The translations under genes were made by a program, and so were the position numbers. From a virus (lineage: Duplodnaviria; Caudoviricetes): DNA of 59,377 nucleotides. The stretch lies in the IMG/VR virus record IMGVR_UViG_3300044949_001207, positions 1 to 59,377 of that record; one strand, given 5' to 3'. Numbering within the stretch: position 1 is the stretch's first letter; every line of letters starts with the position of its first letter. Positions 33,931 to 44,557 of this stretch are shown in pieces. The notes below the pieces were generated by a model that was not told where the DNA came from, did no database searches, and saw only the letters and a program-made list of their open reading frames with translations.

Positions 33931-35502
33931 CTAAGCAAGGAGGGCGGCAAGTACGTTCGGGTTCCTCAGCATCGCCGGGCTGAGGTAACTGGTATCACCG
34001 CTGGACGGGGTGATCTGCGGGGGTGCCGCATCTGGTGTGGTTATGGTCTGGTCAGCCTGTGCGGATGTATCCCGCAGGCCGTCCAGCAGGACATCGCGGA
34101 GGGACGGAGCCGCCTGCGGGCCTTCCCGGTTCATGCGGACATCGGAGTACTGCTCGAAAGGCATGCCCTGTTCCGCGGCCCGTCTGAGGTAAATCTCGCC
34201 GTTGCGGCCCGGCGTGAGCGGGTCTTGCGCGAAATCCAGTGCCGAGGTGTAGCCTTCGCGGAAACCTGTGGGCTTACGCGGAAGCGGTGCCTGCTGAGCG
34301 ATAGACCTGTCCAGCAGCCGGGCGACGAGGTTCACGAACTGCGGGTCATCCCAGCGGCCTCCGGTGCGAATCCACCGGGCCAGCAGCTCACCAGAGTTGG
34401 CGTTCTGGCTGTAGGCAAGACCACCTGTGTCGCGGTTCCAGTGCGGGGACGGAGCGGCCCAGAACGGCAGCACCTCATCAAGATTGACGGTGGCCTGCGG
34501 GTCTCCGCTAGCCGCCATATTGACCAGCATCTCCAGCTTCTTCTTCGCAGACGAGCTGGTGCGAACGTCCATCCCCAGATCCTCGCCTGCCGTCCTGTTC
34601 GACATGGAGGCAATCTGCGCTGGCGTCAGCTGCGGTTCTCCAACAAGAGCTGCCCGCTGCTTGTAGCCCAGAGACTTGATCACATCGTCGGTGAGCTGCT
34701 GCCCGTAGATTGCCTGCATGACCTCAGGCGTAATCTGATCCGGCGCAATCCCCGACAGCATGGCGATCTGCTCAGGGGTCAGCGTTCCTATGTTCGCGTC
34801 ACCAACGGTCAGTCCGCGGAGGAGCGGTTCTTGGTAATCGCGTCGTGCGATAAACAGGTCGGGGTTGGACTGCCACAGAACTTGGCGCTCCTCCCATGGG
34901 CGCAGCTGGTCTCCAGGCTTGCTGCCATACCGCATCGCACCACTGCGCTGCTCTAGGCTGCGTTCGACTGCCTTGGAGAAGTTCGCCCCGTATGTGCCAG
35001 GACGATCCAGGGGGTCTTGTTTGGACGCGAAGTTGGATCGCTTCAGGTCTCCCTCAGCCACATACCGCGGGTTCTTCGATGCCTTGGCCGGGGCAGGCTC
35101 AGCCTCAAACGCACTCTGCGCACCAGGATCGGTCGGCCCTGCAAGAGAGGCATCTGCGCCAGATGCGTAGGCCTGCATCAAACCCGCCGGGCTACCGGCA
35201 TCCGCAATCAGAGACTCCCGCTGGCTGGGTGATAGGAAGTCCAGGACGGCGCGAACCGCCTCGACCTCCTGGGGATTCGCGTCCTTCCCAAGCCGGGACA
35301 TGGCAGATACGAAGTTGCTGCGGGCCTGGGCGCTCGAAGCAATGGCATCAGCTGCCCGCGACAGCATGTTGTCGCTGGCTTCGAGGTCGCGTCCGCTTAC
35401 CGACTGCAAGCCCTCGTCGGTCGTGTAGGCGTCCTGCTCGACATCCGCCATCGACCGGCGAATGCCCTTGATGTTCCCGCCGCCAAATGACTTGGGAGCC
35501 AT
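33931..35502 (-). CDS. Hypothetical virion-module protein
   Basis: 523-aa ORF in operon. Confidence 0.65.
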   Translation of the reverse strand: MAPKSFGGGNIKGIRRSMADVEQDAYTTDEGLQSVSGRDLEASDNMLSRAADAIASSAQARSNFVSAMSRLGKDANPQEVEAVRAVLDFLSPSQRESLIADAGSPAGLMQAYASGADASLAGPTDPGAQSAFEAEPAPAKASKNPRYVAEGDLKRSNFASKQDPLDRPGTYGANFSKAVERSLEQRSGAMRYGSKPGDQLRPWEERQVLWQSNPDLFIARRDYQEPLLRGLTVGDANIGTLTPEQIAMLSGIAPDQITPEVMQAIYGQQLTDDVIKSLGYKQRAALVGEPQLTPAQIASMSNRTAGEDLGMDVRTSSSAKKKLEMLVNMAASGDPQATVNLDEVLPFWAAPSPHWNRDTGGLAYSQNANSGELLARWIRTGGRWDDPQFVNLVARLLDRSIAQQAPLPRKPTGFREGYTSALDFAQDPLTPGRNGEIYLRRAAEQGMPFEQYSDVRMNREGPQAAPSLRDVLLDGLRDTSAQADQTITTPDAAPPQITPSSGDTSYLSPAMLRNPNVLAALLA

Positions 35503-35504
35503 GA

Positions 35505-35801
35505 CTACTTCTTGCCCTTCTTGACCTTGGACATGAGCTTGTCAGAGACCTCCTCACGAAGGTCTTCGTCGGTCACCGGGATCGGTGCGGGAGCGCCGCG
35601 GGTCTGGTGCAGCTCGACCAGCTTGTCGTTCTCCGACTCCTGCTCCTCAGTGGCGGCGTCTGGGTTGGGGTCATTCTTTTTGCCGCGCTTGTGCATGGGC
35701 AGCTCAAGCTCGTCATGCGTGGCAAGGGCCGCCTGCAGCATCTTGCGAATGACCGGATCTTTCAGTGACCCGAAGTTGAGGGCGATGTAGTCTGACTTCA
35801 T
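35505..35801 (-). CDS. Hypothetical protein
   Basis: GGAG SD. Confidence 0.6.
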   Translation of the reverse strand: MKSDYIALNFGSLKDPVIRKMLQAALATHDELELPMHKRGKKNDPNPDAATEEQESENDKLVELHQTRGAPAPIPVTDEDLREEVSDKLMSKVKKGKK

Positions 35802-35819
35802 AGCACTAGGCTCCAATCG

Positions 35820-36329
35820 TTAAAACAACGAAGACATGATTTCGACTTCGCGATTCTTTGCTGCAATCGCATCGTCTACGGCGCGCTGGAAGTTGGCGGT
35901 CTTGGTGTCGGCAAACCGCTTGTAAGAGGCCTTGCGCTCCTGGGTGCGGACATCGTCGCGGTCGAGCAGCAAGTCGCGCAGCCACCCTTGCTCCCCGGCC
36001 TGCCGCTCCTGGAACAACAGGTCGGCAGTCGCGTTGCCCGAATAACGATTGAGCAAATCCTGCTGGGCCTGGGCGTAGTTCTTCGAGGACTCAGTGTCGG
36101 CAAGCAGGCCAGCCCGGTAGGCGGAGTTCTTCGACCCCGCCTGAACGCCCTTCCCGGCCTGCCCCAGGTAGCCGCGCATGTCGCCGCTGTACGCGGCGCG
36201 GGACATGGATTCGTTCCTGGCCTGACGCTGGAAGTCTTGGTTCGGGCGGATCGCGCCAGAGAACGTCGGCGCATAAATCTGCGGCGTGCGGTAGGCAACC
36301 GGCGTCTTGGTGCTGGGCGTGGAAAACAT
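35820..36329 (-). CDS. Putative small ejection/internal protein
   Basis: A/Q/R-rich helical; coupled. Confidence 0.55.
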   Translation of the reverse strand: MFSTPSTKTPVAYRTPQIYAPTFSGAIRPNQDFQRQARNESMSRAAYSGDMRGYLGQAGKGVQAGSKNSAYRAGLLADTESSKNYAQAQQDLLNRYSGNATADLLFQERQAGEQGWLRDLLLDRDDVRTQERKASYKRFADTKTANFQRAVDDAIAAKNREVEIMSSLF

Positions 36330-36859
36330 CAGAGGAACCCGCCAACCATGCGAAGGATCGATGCCGCCATCTTGGCGTCAGCGTTCTTGAATTCCCGATC
36401 TTGGTATGCCTTGAGGTCTGCAATCTTCGTGCGGTAGCCCTGCTGCACATCCGCACCGAAGACATCAAACAGATTCTCCAACCTGAACCTGTCGGAGGCG
36501 TTCTGCCGCTGCGCCAGGATGTCATCGGCGCGAGACTTCTCCGCCTGCGTCTGGTAATCGACGTTGAACTTGTCAACCGACCTGTTCATGGCGTTGCGGC
36601 TAGTGTCTGTCAGCGCGCGGGAAAAGGCGGTGCGAGACCTGTCGCCTGAGGATGCGGTGTAGCCCTTGTACGGGGTCGGCACATCGGAGATCCGCCCCAG
36701 GAGGGCAGAGCCGATGGGGCTGGCCGTCGAGATTTGGCTGCGGTAGTCGCCGCGGGGCGTCTGAACGTCGAGCTTGCCAATCGTCGGATACCTGGAGTTC
36801 TCGAACCCAGGTCGCGGCTGAAGCCCAAGCGGAGGCGGCGGTGTTGCTTTCTTTGCCAT
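36329..36859 (-). CDS. Putative small ejection/internal protein
   Basis: Helical; ends in GGFL; coupled. Confidence 0.55.
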   Translation of the reverse strand: MAKKATPPPPLGLQPRPGFENSRYPTIGKLDVQTPRGDYRSQISTASPIGSALLGRISDVPTPYKGYTASSGDRSRTAFSRALTDTSRNAMNRSVDKFNVDYQTQAEKSRADDILAQRQNASDRFRLENLFDVFGADVQQGYRTKIADLKAYQDREFKNADAKMAASILRMVGGFL

Positions 36860-36862
36860 GTG

Positions 36863-37573
36863 TCAGGTTGTCCAGGCTCTGAGCTGCCCGCCGTTCTGTC
36901 CGGTGAACTGGGCGATGTTCGGTAGCCGAATCTTCAGTGAGGTTCCCGTTGCCGTAGGCTCGAACACTGCGGTGATGAGGTCGGTCTGGGTGATGTCCAC
37001 TGAGAACAGTTGGTGCAAATTCCGCAGCCGCAGCTTCAGTACGGTCGCCTCAGGTCGCTCCTCGAAAGTGGCCTCAATAAACTGTTCTTGGTCGTTTTCG
37101 ATCAAAAACGGCACCGCTTCGATTGCCTTTGTTGCCTGGTTCAGCCGGGCGTGAGTGCCGCCCTTCTGGGTGACTCGCAGGCCGACGCTCGACTGCACCA
37201 CAGAATCCTTGGTTCCTGAGGCGACGGAGATGTAGTCCCCGTCTTTGACCGATGGCTCCGTCAGGGTGGGCTGCGCCGTGGCGGGCTGGCTCCCGTCATA
37301 GGGGTGCGAGGTGTCGCGGGGCTGATAGGAGTTGCCGCGCGTCTTCAGCGTTCTGGCAAAGGTAGCGTCCACCGGGTGGTCGATGTTGGTCAGCAGATAC
37401 TTCCTGGTGTCGGCATCCACCATCCTGAGCTGCTTCCGCGGCGTGGCGTCACCGTAGGCCCGGCCCAGAGACAGCTTGGCCGAAGAAGCATTGGCAATCG
37501 CGTTCGCGATCACCTTGGCGGCGGCTGGGGAGATCCCGCCATTGACCAGGTTGGCTTCGAGGTCACTCGCCAT
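36863..37573 (-). CDS. Hypothetical tail-module protein
   Basis: Internal tandem similarity EATFEE..EATVLKLRL.N / TAVFEP..TGTSLKIRL.N. Confidence 0.6.
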   Translation of the reverse strand: MASDLEANLVNGGISPAAAKVIANAIANASSAKLSLGRAYGDATPRKQLRMVDADTRKYLLTNIDHPVDATFARTLKTRGNSYQPRDTSHPYDGSQPATAQPTLTEPSVKDGDYISVASGTKDSVVQSSVGLRVTQKGGTHARLNQATKAIEAVPFLIENDQEQFIEATFEERPEATVLKLRLRNLHQLFSVDITQTDLITAVFEPTATGTSLKIRLPNIAQFTGQNGGQLRAWTT

Positions 37574-40500
37574 TTTCGATGACCCCGTTGATGGCAAGGG
37601 AATGCATCACAAACTTGTGCGGCACCCTATCCTCGCCGCCGTTTGCGGAGAGCGGGCGACCCAGCAGCTCGACTTGCACATGCTGGTCTTCGCCTACCAT
37701 GTCGGTGTAGACGCGGCTGGCGAACTTCGCCTTGGCAACGCCAGTGGCGATCCCTAGATTCGATGCGTTGCGGGAGGTGTTGAGCACCGTAGAGGCGCTG
37801 TCCTGTCGGTGCGTAAAGCCCTGCGGGCCTCCTCGACTTCGGCGCATGATGTTGGGCCGCGGCGTGGACGAGTCGTTGAAGTACTCAATGATCTCGACCT
37901 CTTTGTCGGACGGAGTCGGCGCGTACACCAGGGTGATCGACCTGTCGATCAGACTGTCTCCGCCCTTGGCGACGTTGTCCTCATTCGCCAGCTGCAGCGC
38001 CCCGGTAGCCAGGCGGAACGGGATGTGCGTGTAGAACGGCTTGCGGAAGTAGACGATAGTCCTGGTGCCGCCAGTGGACTGCCCGGTGCGAACGTCGCCG
38101 CCGAGCATCGACACCGCAGTCCCGTCCGGGTGCTCCAGGTAGATGTCCTGGCCGATGATCTTGCTGACGAAGCAGTTAAGGGGCAGATAGTCACCTATCG
38201 CCTCCATGCCGATCTCCACAGGCGGCGGCTCCGTCTGCAGCGGAACACCGTCGATGTCGCCGCCGTTCGCATCCAGTAGGTCTCCGTCCTCTGTGGTGAG
38301 CAGCGGGATCGGATTCGTCAGGATTGGATTGGTGACAAAGCTGGCGATGCGAACAAACGACTCGCCCTCACTGACGGTGACATCGCGGGCAAGGCGTGTG
38401 GTGACTGAGAAGTGCGCGACCGCAGCGGCCTGTGCGCCTGCGCCAGACGGGGCGGCGATGTCCAGGTTGATCGGGGCGTATTCCACGCCCTTGATGTTCT
38501 TGCCGTCATGGCCCGCCAGCGGAGATCCATTTTCCGCCAGGAGCTGCACACCCCACTTGCAGTCCCACCCGCCAGACAACACAAGGATGTCCACCAGGCG
38601 ACCTTCGCTAACGACTCCCTTGAGCTGGACGCCCTTCGAGCTGGGGCATGTGATCTCAGGGGATTCGTTGTATCCGCTGCCAACTGATGTCACGACGCAG
38701 TGCGTCAGCGTCTGGTTGGCGTGATCCTTGTCATCTGAGAACTCATAGAGGTTCCCGTCCACGGCCCCGTAGATGCTGCTGTTGATCCTGGTGATGCCGG
38801 GACGCCCGGTCACAGCGCTGCAGAAGCTGTTCGGATACCGCTCCGTCCACCATGCCTTGCGCGGAATGTCGTAGCACAGTGCGTGAGTCGGCGTGTCCTC
38901 CGACTGCGCGGCCATGCAGAAGAAGAACCGCAGGATGTGCGTCCGCGGGCAGATGGTCAGGAAGAACGACTCCCGCTTGCTGAAGTCAATCAGCTCCGAG
39001 GTGAAGTAATCGCGGATCGGGTCGCTGATCGGCAGGATCTCGCCGCTGCGGCTGAGCGAATAGATACCGTTCTCGTCCACTGCGTAGAGGGTGTTTTCGT
39101 GAATGTCCCAGCACCGCTGGTGCAGGCACCCCCGATGGCTGAGCATCTGGATCGATGAGTCGATTGACGGGTCGGTGTTGTATGTGACGCCGTAAGTGTG
39201 CATGTGCTGCATCGCCAGCAGCAGGCTTCCAAACGGCACAAGTGCGGTAATGCTGTCGGTGGCCCGCTGGTTGTTCTGGATCGGGAGGTCGTTGACATCC
39301 GGACAGGACTCAAACTCATCGAACTCAGAGTAGAAGAGGGTGTTTCTGGCCTCGCCGCTGGTGGTCACTGCGTACCAAAGCCGATCCTGGAACGCCACGC
39401 AGACGCTCATGTCGCTGCGCGGGACTCCGAATCGGTAGGCGTTGACGTTTCCGTTGGGAAGCACCACCGGCATGGCTGCGTAGTTCGGGCGGTCGGAGTC
39501 AAACAGTTCCTCGTCCGTCATGGTGTCAGTCCCAACGATCTCGACGCCGCTATCGGAGGGTACGCCATACGCCTCAAGCCTGTAGAACACCAGCGATTGA
39601 TCCGCCGAAGTTCGCCACAGCTCAACCATGTCGGCGCGCGCCGGGGGGTTCGCACCGGACAGCGTCCACTTCAGCTCACTGCAGTGGTCGCGCTCGTCGT
39701 TTGGGCCAGCGTCAACGTCGAAGATTGGGGAGAAGTCGCTGTACGCAATCGGCTTGGTCATGTCGCGGACGATGACAGACCTGTCGTAGGACGCTGATGT
39801 GTCAAACCTGTCGATGGCAGCGTACCCGCTTGCCGTAGACCCGCCAGCGGCTGGGGGCGAGAACTGAACAGCAATCTTCCCAACCCCAAGCATCCCTGTT
39901 CCGGCAGAGGTCACAACGACCTCCTTGACGGAGTAAGAGCCGTAGTCGTTGGCCGCAAGCCTGACGGACAGGACGGCATTCGAGGCACCTGTGACGGTGC
40001 AAGTGACAGCCTCATCCAATGCGTAGCCGCTGCCGCCGTTCTCAACGACAACTCGACCCAGCGGCCCGACCCCTGAGGCGGGCTGATTGAGTTCCACCTG
40101 TCCTTGATTGCGGCTCAGCACCCTGGTGTTCGGAGGCAGTCTGGGGGACTCTAGGATCACCCCAGGCTCGACACCCACAGTGGAGCTGAGCACCACAGTT
40201 GTGGGCGACTCTCCCCGTAGGGAGTTGAGTGTGCATGTCGCCACTTGGGTTTCGGATCGGTCGGCGTATCGATACGCACACCGATACTTCCCCCGCATCG
40301 CAGGCCGCATCACCGGGACAGCCGTGGCGGCGGTGCTGTCGGTGTACAGCTCAGGTTGTGCCGTGTAGGCGCGGCCTGGATCTACGATCTCGACGCTGGT
40401 GACCTTGCCGTCCGAGACAGTGGGCGTGACAGCCAGGCCGTAGCCATTGCCGCCGCCCTTGGTGATGATTGTCGGTGGCGTGTTGTAGTTCCGCCCGCCG

Positions 40501-43418
40501 CTGATAATCCGGATGCTTGTGACCCGCTGCTCACCCGTCCCGCTGGCTATTTCGGCGGCAGTCCAGGTCAGCGTTTGCCCAGAGACAGTGCCAGCATTTG
40601 CCGTGAGCGACAGCACTGGCAGGAATGTCCGCGTCCCCGCCGTGACACTGCCCGATACCTGGGCTGCGGTGTACAGATCATTGCCAACGGTGTAGGTGTT
40701 GATCGCCGTGATGGTGCAGACCTGAGCGGAGGTCGTGTCGTACAGCTTGCGACCAACGGCGATGAAGCTACTCAGGGTGGCGGTGCCAAAGTTGATGCCG
40801 TAGGTCGTGCCGCTCGAACCCTCCGACGAAGACACAAACCCTCCCACCGTTGCCGAGGGGTCGATGGCGACATCCCGCATTTTGTCCAGGGTGATGGATG
40901 TGGCGGTTCTCGACAGCACCTGGGAGAACGGCTGCAGGACACCGCTATCCGCACAGGTAATGACATCCCCGACGTTCACCTGCAGGCCGGTCGAGTCCAG
41001 ATTCGTGAGCACAGCACCGGCATTCTGGACGTTCGAGGTGTAAGTGAACTCCGTCGATTGCCCGCCCGCCGTCATGACGCCGTCAAACTTCAGGGACGCA
41101 GTGCTCTCCGCAGACGAGATGCTGCGCTTGAGCAGCGTCACCGAAGCCGTGTCGCCAGTGCGGTATCCGGTGCCGGGAACGTCGATGTACTGGTTGCCAG
41201 CCAGGGTATTCGGCGGGCCTGCGGGCGTGAGATCGTCAGGCTCCGACGCCTCGAACACAAATGTGGCGAACCGCGAAGCATTGCTGAACGCTGCGTGGCT
41301 ACCCTTGATCTTCGATTCGCGAACCGCCGTGTTGTAGTCCTGGGTCTGCGAGTATGGATTTGCTTGGTAGAACCGGATGGCAAAGGTAGTTCCCCTCTCC
41401 CACCCCGCACCGGGATCTACGACCTGAACTGTCTGGGAGTCGGGATTGCTGCTGGCGCTATAGAAGTCAACAATCGGGCGAGGCGTCACCCCAGAGGTGT
41501 GCCACCAGGCAAGGCGATTCGACTGCGACTCCTTGACGGAGAAGGGGAGGTTGTAGCTGCCGTTGTCCGTCGAGGTCGTGACCCAGGAGTCGGGGCAGAA
41601 CGACAGATTGACTCGCACCACCGGGTAGCGGAAGTTCGGTGCCGTGGAGTTCTGCTTGTTGACGGTGGCATACGACATCTTGCCGGTGGCCGATGACAGC
41701 CTGGCCTTGAGTGTCGGCGTCAGGGTGACCAGGATGTATGGCCGACCGCCATTCGCGGCGTCGTAGTAGACGGGAACGTCCTGCCGCTTCCACTGGGAAA
41801 TGCCGGTAATCAGATTCCCTGTGCATGTCCAAACGCTGAGGCTGGAGTAGTCGGGCCAGTACACATCCGCCCGGCGATTGATCGCCTTGCCGCTGCCTTG
41901 CGTGGATACGGTGCCGGTGTAGCCAAACGCCAACGTCTTGCCCGATGCCTGCAGACCGGCGTAGGTCTTGTTCTCCGAGCTGTTCTTGACGTTTGCCTGG
42001 CTTCCGGCCCAGTACTCGCCGTACAAATAGGTCTGCCACCCAGCCTTCAGGTAGGCATACTTGACCGGCTCAACAGTGGACGTTGGGGTGGTGTATCCGT
42101 TGCGGGAGAAGGTGCCGAGTCCGTAGCTGTACGCTGCCGGGGAGAACGTCAGTGTGGCCTCAGCACCGCGGCCCACACCCCTTGTCGTTCGCAGCGGAAC
42201 GGAAGCCCGGAACCGCTTGGTCGTGGCATCCCACTGGGCATCCGCGTATCCGATGTCGGTGCTGGAGCGGAACTGGACGAAATACGATACGCCAACCGCA
42301 GGAGTCCACTGCTTGGACAGCGTCAGGACTTTCGTGCTTTCGTTGATGTCCAGGACGCGAATCACCGCTCCGGAGGCAAATGCGGTCGGAACAGTTCCGG
42401 AGTAGACCGTTGCAACGTCACCGACGTTGATGCCAGCAATCGACTCGACCGTCATTGCGGTCGTGGCCGAGCTGGACTGAACGGCGACGGTGCGGGTCGA
42501 GGCGCTGACCGCGGACGCAAGATACATGATCTTGTTTCCGGTCAGGGTGTTGGCGCTGCCGTAGGTTTCCGACTCTGTCGGGGCCGTACCGGAGACAGTG
42601 CCTGGAACGGTGCCGAGGAAGCCCTGCACACCTGGGTCGGTCTCCAGGTTTCCTATCGCCCGAAATCCGGAGCCGATCTTGTCGGAGCCAACGACCACCT
42701 TGGGGAAGCTCTTGTATCCGGCACCGCCGTCAATCACATCGACGCCGACAAGGTTTCCAGCCTGGACGATTGCCTTGACCTTTGCTGGCCGCGACGGATC
42801 ACCGCCGTCCACCGTTATCGTCGGCGGCCCCCAGTACGACCCGCCCCCAGAAAGAACGTCTACGCTCTCCAGGAAATAGCCGGTGCCGCTGGGGTCTACC
42901 TGCGGTGCCGACGCAGGTGCGTCAACTCCCATGCTCACGGCGACATTCGCGATGGAGCCTGGGCGGTACATGACGGGCCGAGCACCATGCCCGTAGAAGA
43001 TGAACAGCCTGCCGTGGCGATCCTCAGCGACACAGAAGTTTGTGATGTTCGTCAGGCCGCTTGGGGAAATCTCCTGCTGGTTGATGACCCGCTCTTGGAA
43101 CCCCTGGATTCTGCGAACGACCCACACATCCTTTTCGGGGAATTCATTGGCGGCGATCTGAGCTGCTGTCAGCTCCCTGTCGATTCGCAGCTTCTGGAAA
43201 CACAGGAAATCGGTGGCATCGTTCACCAGGGTATCCCGGCGGTACAGGCCGTATATGCCCTCGTCATCGTATTTGCCATACAGCTTCAGGATGCCCTGGC
43301 GGGAGATCAGCATCCCATCCCGACGCGGCTGAAGATTGACCAACGCACGCAGCTCGCCCTTCCGCAGCAGATACTGCGAGGAGTTCTCATTGAAGCCGAG
43401 CCACTGCGTTATTTTCAT
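37563..43418 (-). CDS. Giant tail nozzle/stabilization-like protein with GGxGY repeats
   Basis: 1951 aa after adaptor; beta-propeller-like termini (AFQDRLW, LFYSE, ITALVP); several V..GGxGY..P units. Confidence 0.65.
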   Translation of the reverse strand: MKITQWLGFNENSSQYLLRKGELRALVNLQPRRDGMLISRQGILKLYGKYDDEGIYGLYRRDTLVNDATDFLCFQKLRIDRELTAAQIAANEFPEKDVWVVRRIQGFQERVINQQEISPSGLTNITNFCVAEDRHGRLFIFYGHGARPVMYRPGSIANVAVSMGVDAPASAPQVDPSGTGYFLESVDVLSGGGSYWGPPTITVDGGDPSRPAKVKAIVQAGNLVGVDVIDGGAGYKSFPKVVVGSDKIGSGFRAIGNLETDPGVQGFLGTVPGTVSGTAPTESETYGSANTLTGNKIMYLASAVSASTRTVAVQSSSATTAMTVESIAGINVGDVATVYSGTVPTAFASGAVIRVLDINESTKVLTLSKQWTPAVGVSYFVQFRSSTDIGYADAQWDATTKRFRASVPLRTTRGVGRGAEATLTFSPAAYSYGLGTFSRNGYTTPTSTVEPVKYAYLKAGWQTYLYGEYWAGSQANVKNSSENKTYAGLQASGKTLAFGYTGTVSTQGSGKAINRRADVYWPDYSSLSVWTCTGNLITGISQWKRQDVPVYYDAANGGRPYILVTLTPTLKARLSSATGKMSYATVNKQNSTAPNFRYPVVRVNLSFCPDSWVTTSTDNGSYNLPFSVKESQSNRLAWWHTSGVTPRPIVDFYSASSNPDSQTVQVVDPGAGWERGTTFAIRFYQANPYSQTQDYNTAVRESKIKGSHAAFSNASRFATFVFEASEPDDLTPAGPPNTLAGNQYIDVPGTGYRTGDTASVTLLKRSISSAESTASLKFDGVMTAGGQSTEFTYTSNVQNAGAVLTNLDSTGLQVNVGDVITCADSGVLQPFSQVLSRTATSITLDKMRDVAIDPSATVGGFVSSSEGSSGTTYGINFGTATLSSFIAVGRKLYDTTSAQVCTITAINTYTVGNDLYTAAQVSGSVTAGTRTFLPVLSLTANAGTVSGQTLTWTAAEIASGTGEQRVTSIRIISGGRNYNTPPTIITKGGGNGYGLAVTPTVSDGKVTSVEIVDPGRAYTAQPELYTDSTAATAVPVMRPAMRGKYRCAYRYADRSETQVATCTLNSLRGESPTTVVLSSTVGVEPGVILESPRLPPNTRVLSRNQGQVELNQPASGVGPLGRVVVENGGSGYALDEAVTCTVTGASNAVLSVRLAANDYGSYSVKEVVVTSAGTGMLGVGKIAVQFSPPAAGGSTASGYAAIDRFDTSASYDRSVIVRDMTKPIAYSDFSPIFDVDAGPNDERDHCSELKWTLSGANPPARADMVELWRTSADQSLVFYRLEAYGVPSDSGVEIVGTDTMTDEELFDSDRPNYAAMPVVLPNGNVNAYRFGVPRSDMSVCVAFQDRLWYAVTTSGEARNTLFYSEFDEFESCPDVNDLPIQNNQRATDSITALVPFGSLLLAMQHMHTYGVTYNTDPSIDSSIQMLSHRGCLHQRCWDIHENTLYAVDENGIYSLSRSGEILPISDPIRDYFTSELIDFSKRESFFLTICPRTHILRFFFCMAAQSEDTPTHALCYDIPRKAWWTERYPNSFCSAVTGRPGITRINSSIYGAVDGNLYEFSDDKDHANQTLTHCVVTSVGSGYNESPEITCPSSKGVQLKGVVSEGRLVDILVLSGGWDCKWGVQLLAENGSPLAGHDGKNIKGVEYAPINLDIAAPSGAGAQAAAVAHFSVTTRLARDVTVSEGESFVRIASFVTNPILTNPIPLLTTEDGDLLDANGGDIDGVPLQTEPPPVEIGMEAIGDYLPLNCFVSKIIGQDIYLEHPDGTAVSMLGGDVRTGQSTGGTRTIVYFRKPFYTHIPFRLATGALQLANEDNVAKGGDSLIDRSITLVYAPTPSDKEVEIIEYFNDSSTPRPNIMRRSRGGPQGFTHRQDSASTVLNTSRNASNLGIATGVAKAKFASRVYTDMVGEDQHVQVELLGRPLSANGGEDRVPHKFVMHSLAINGVIENGE

Positions 43419-44557
43419 TGCAGATCCTGCTGCAGCTGCGAATGCCAGCCCATGGAGCGGGGAGTCGGGTAGTAGCCCCCAGGTGGCCTGCCGGAAAGCG
43501 GGGCCACGACATCGTTCTCCATCGCAATCCTCAGGTCGCGCACATAGGTCTGCATCGCGGCGTCATACGGCTTGCCAGCGATTCGGGCGTACCACATCTC
43601 CGCGGCAGAAAGGATCGCCGTGTACATCTGTGGGGATGCGTCCAGAGGGTCTGAGATGGAGTACTTGGTCAGCGCCGGGAGTCCGGTGACCACATCGACC
43701 GTCATCGATGTGGTGCTGGTGACATCGACAACGGTTCGCTCGACCCGGTACGGGGTCAGGGAGCCAACCGGCTCAGGCTCCGTAGTAGTCGTGCCAAACC
43801 GAATGATGCAGCCCTCCATCGCTGCACGAAACCCGGTGCCGTCGCCAGTGACGGTCGTGCCTGACGCCGAGACAGTCCCCCTGCGGCAGGGATGTTCGTA
43901 CCCCATGAACGCAATAGCTCTGGGGATATAGCGGTATGTGTAGTGGACGGTAGTGCCGTTGGCGGGTATGCCGACGAAGCGGATCTGGTAGCGATCCGGA
44001 TTAGCGTCCGACCGCATGATGGTGTAGTAGTACGGCTCACCTGTGCCGCGGGTGTTGACCTCCAGCCGCTGCCACTCCTGCGGCGACAGGTAGCAGTGCA
44101 GGGTGCCGACAGTGTGCGTGACGAGGGTGTCGATGTCCTTGAGATCGGCGGGCAGATCGTAGAACGTCTGCATGGTGAGGGTGAGCGGCAGTTCACCGGC
44201 CTGGATGTTTCGCTTAGCCGTCTTGTCCACCGTAATGACGTTGCCCTGGATGGAGACAATCCGGCACGGCTCATCAAAGAAGTCGCCGCAGGCCACAAGA
44301 CGGCCAACGACCATCTGCGCGGCGCTACTCAGCGCCACTGTGCGAGACCCCTCTGTGATGCCGTTTGAAATTACCGTCGCCGTGACGTTGGCAGACACGA
44401 ACGAATTCGTCTTGGTGTGCCACAGCCACTGCTTGCACTGCATCACATCGCGGACGCCATTCACGACGGCCAGCCGCACAGCCTGGTGTTCGCCGTCCTG
44501 AGCGCCGCCGCCAGTGGCGGCAAGCAAGTAATCGACAACGTCCTGGGCAGTGTTCAT
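43415..44557 (-). CDS. Head-tail adaptor-like protein
   Basis: W.W..., YDLPAD, GEPYYY motifs; position after portal. Confidence 0.65.
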   Translation of the reverse strand: MNTAQDVVDYLLAATGGGAQDGEHQAVRLAVVNGVRDVMQCKQWLWHTKTNSFVSANVTATVISNGITEGSRTVALSSAAQMVVGRLVACGDFFDEPCRIVSIQGNVITVDKTAKRNIQAGELPLTLTMQTFYDLPADLKDIDTLVTHTVGTLHCYLSPQEWQRLEVNTRGTGEPYYYTIMRSDANPDRYQIRFVGIPANGTTVHYTYRYIPRAIAFMGYEHPCRRGTVSASGTTVTGDGTGFRAAMEGCIIRFGTTTTEPEPVGSLTPYRVERTVVDVTSTTSMTVDVVTGLPALTKYSISDPLDASPQMYTAILSAAEMWYARIAGKPYDAAMQTYVRDLRIAMENDVVAPLSGRPPGGYYPTPRSMGWHSQLQQDLQ

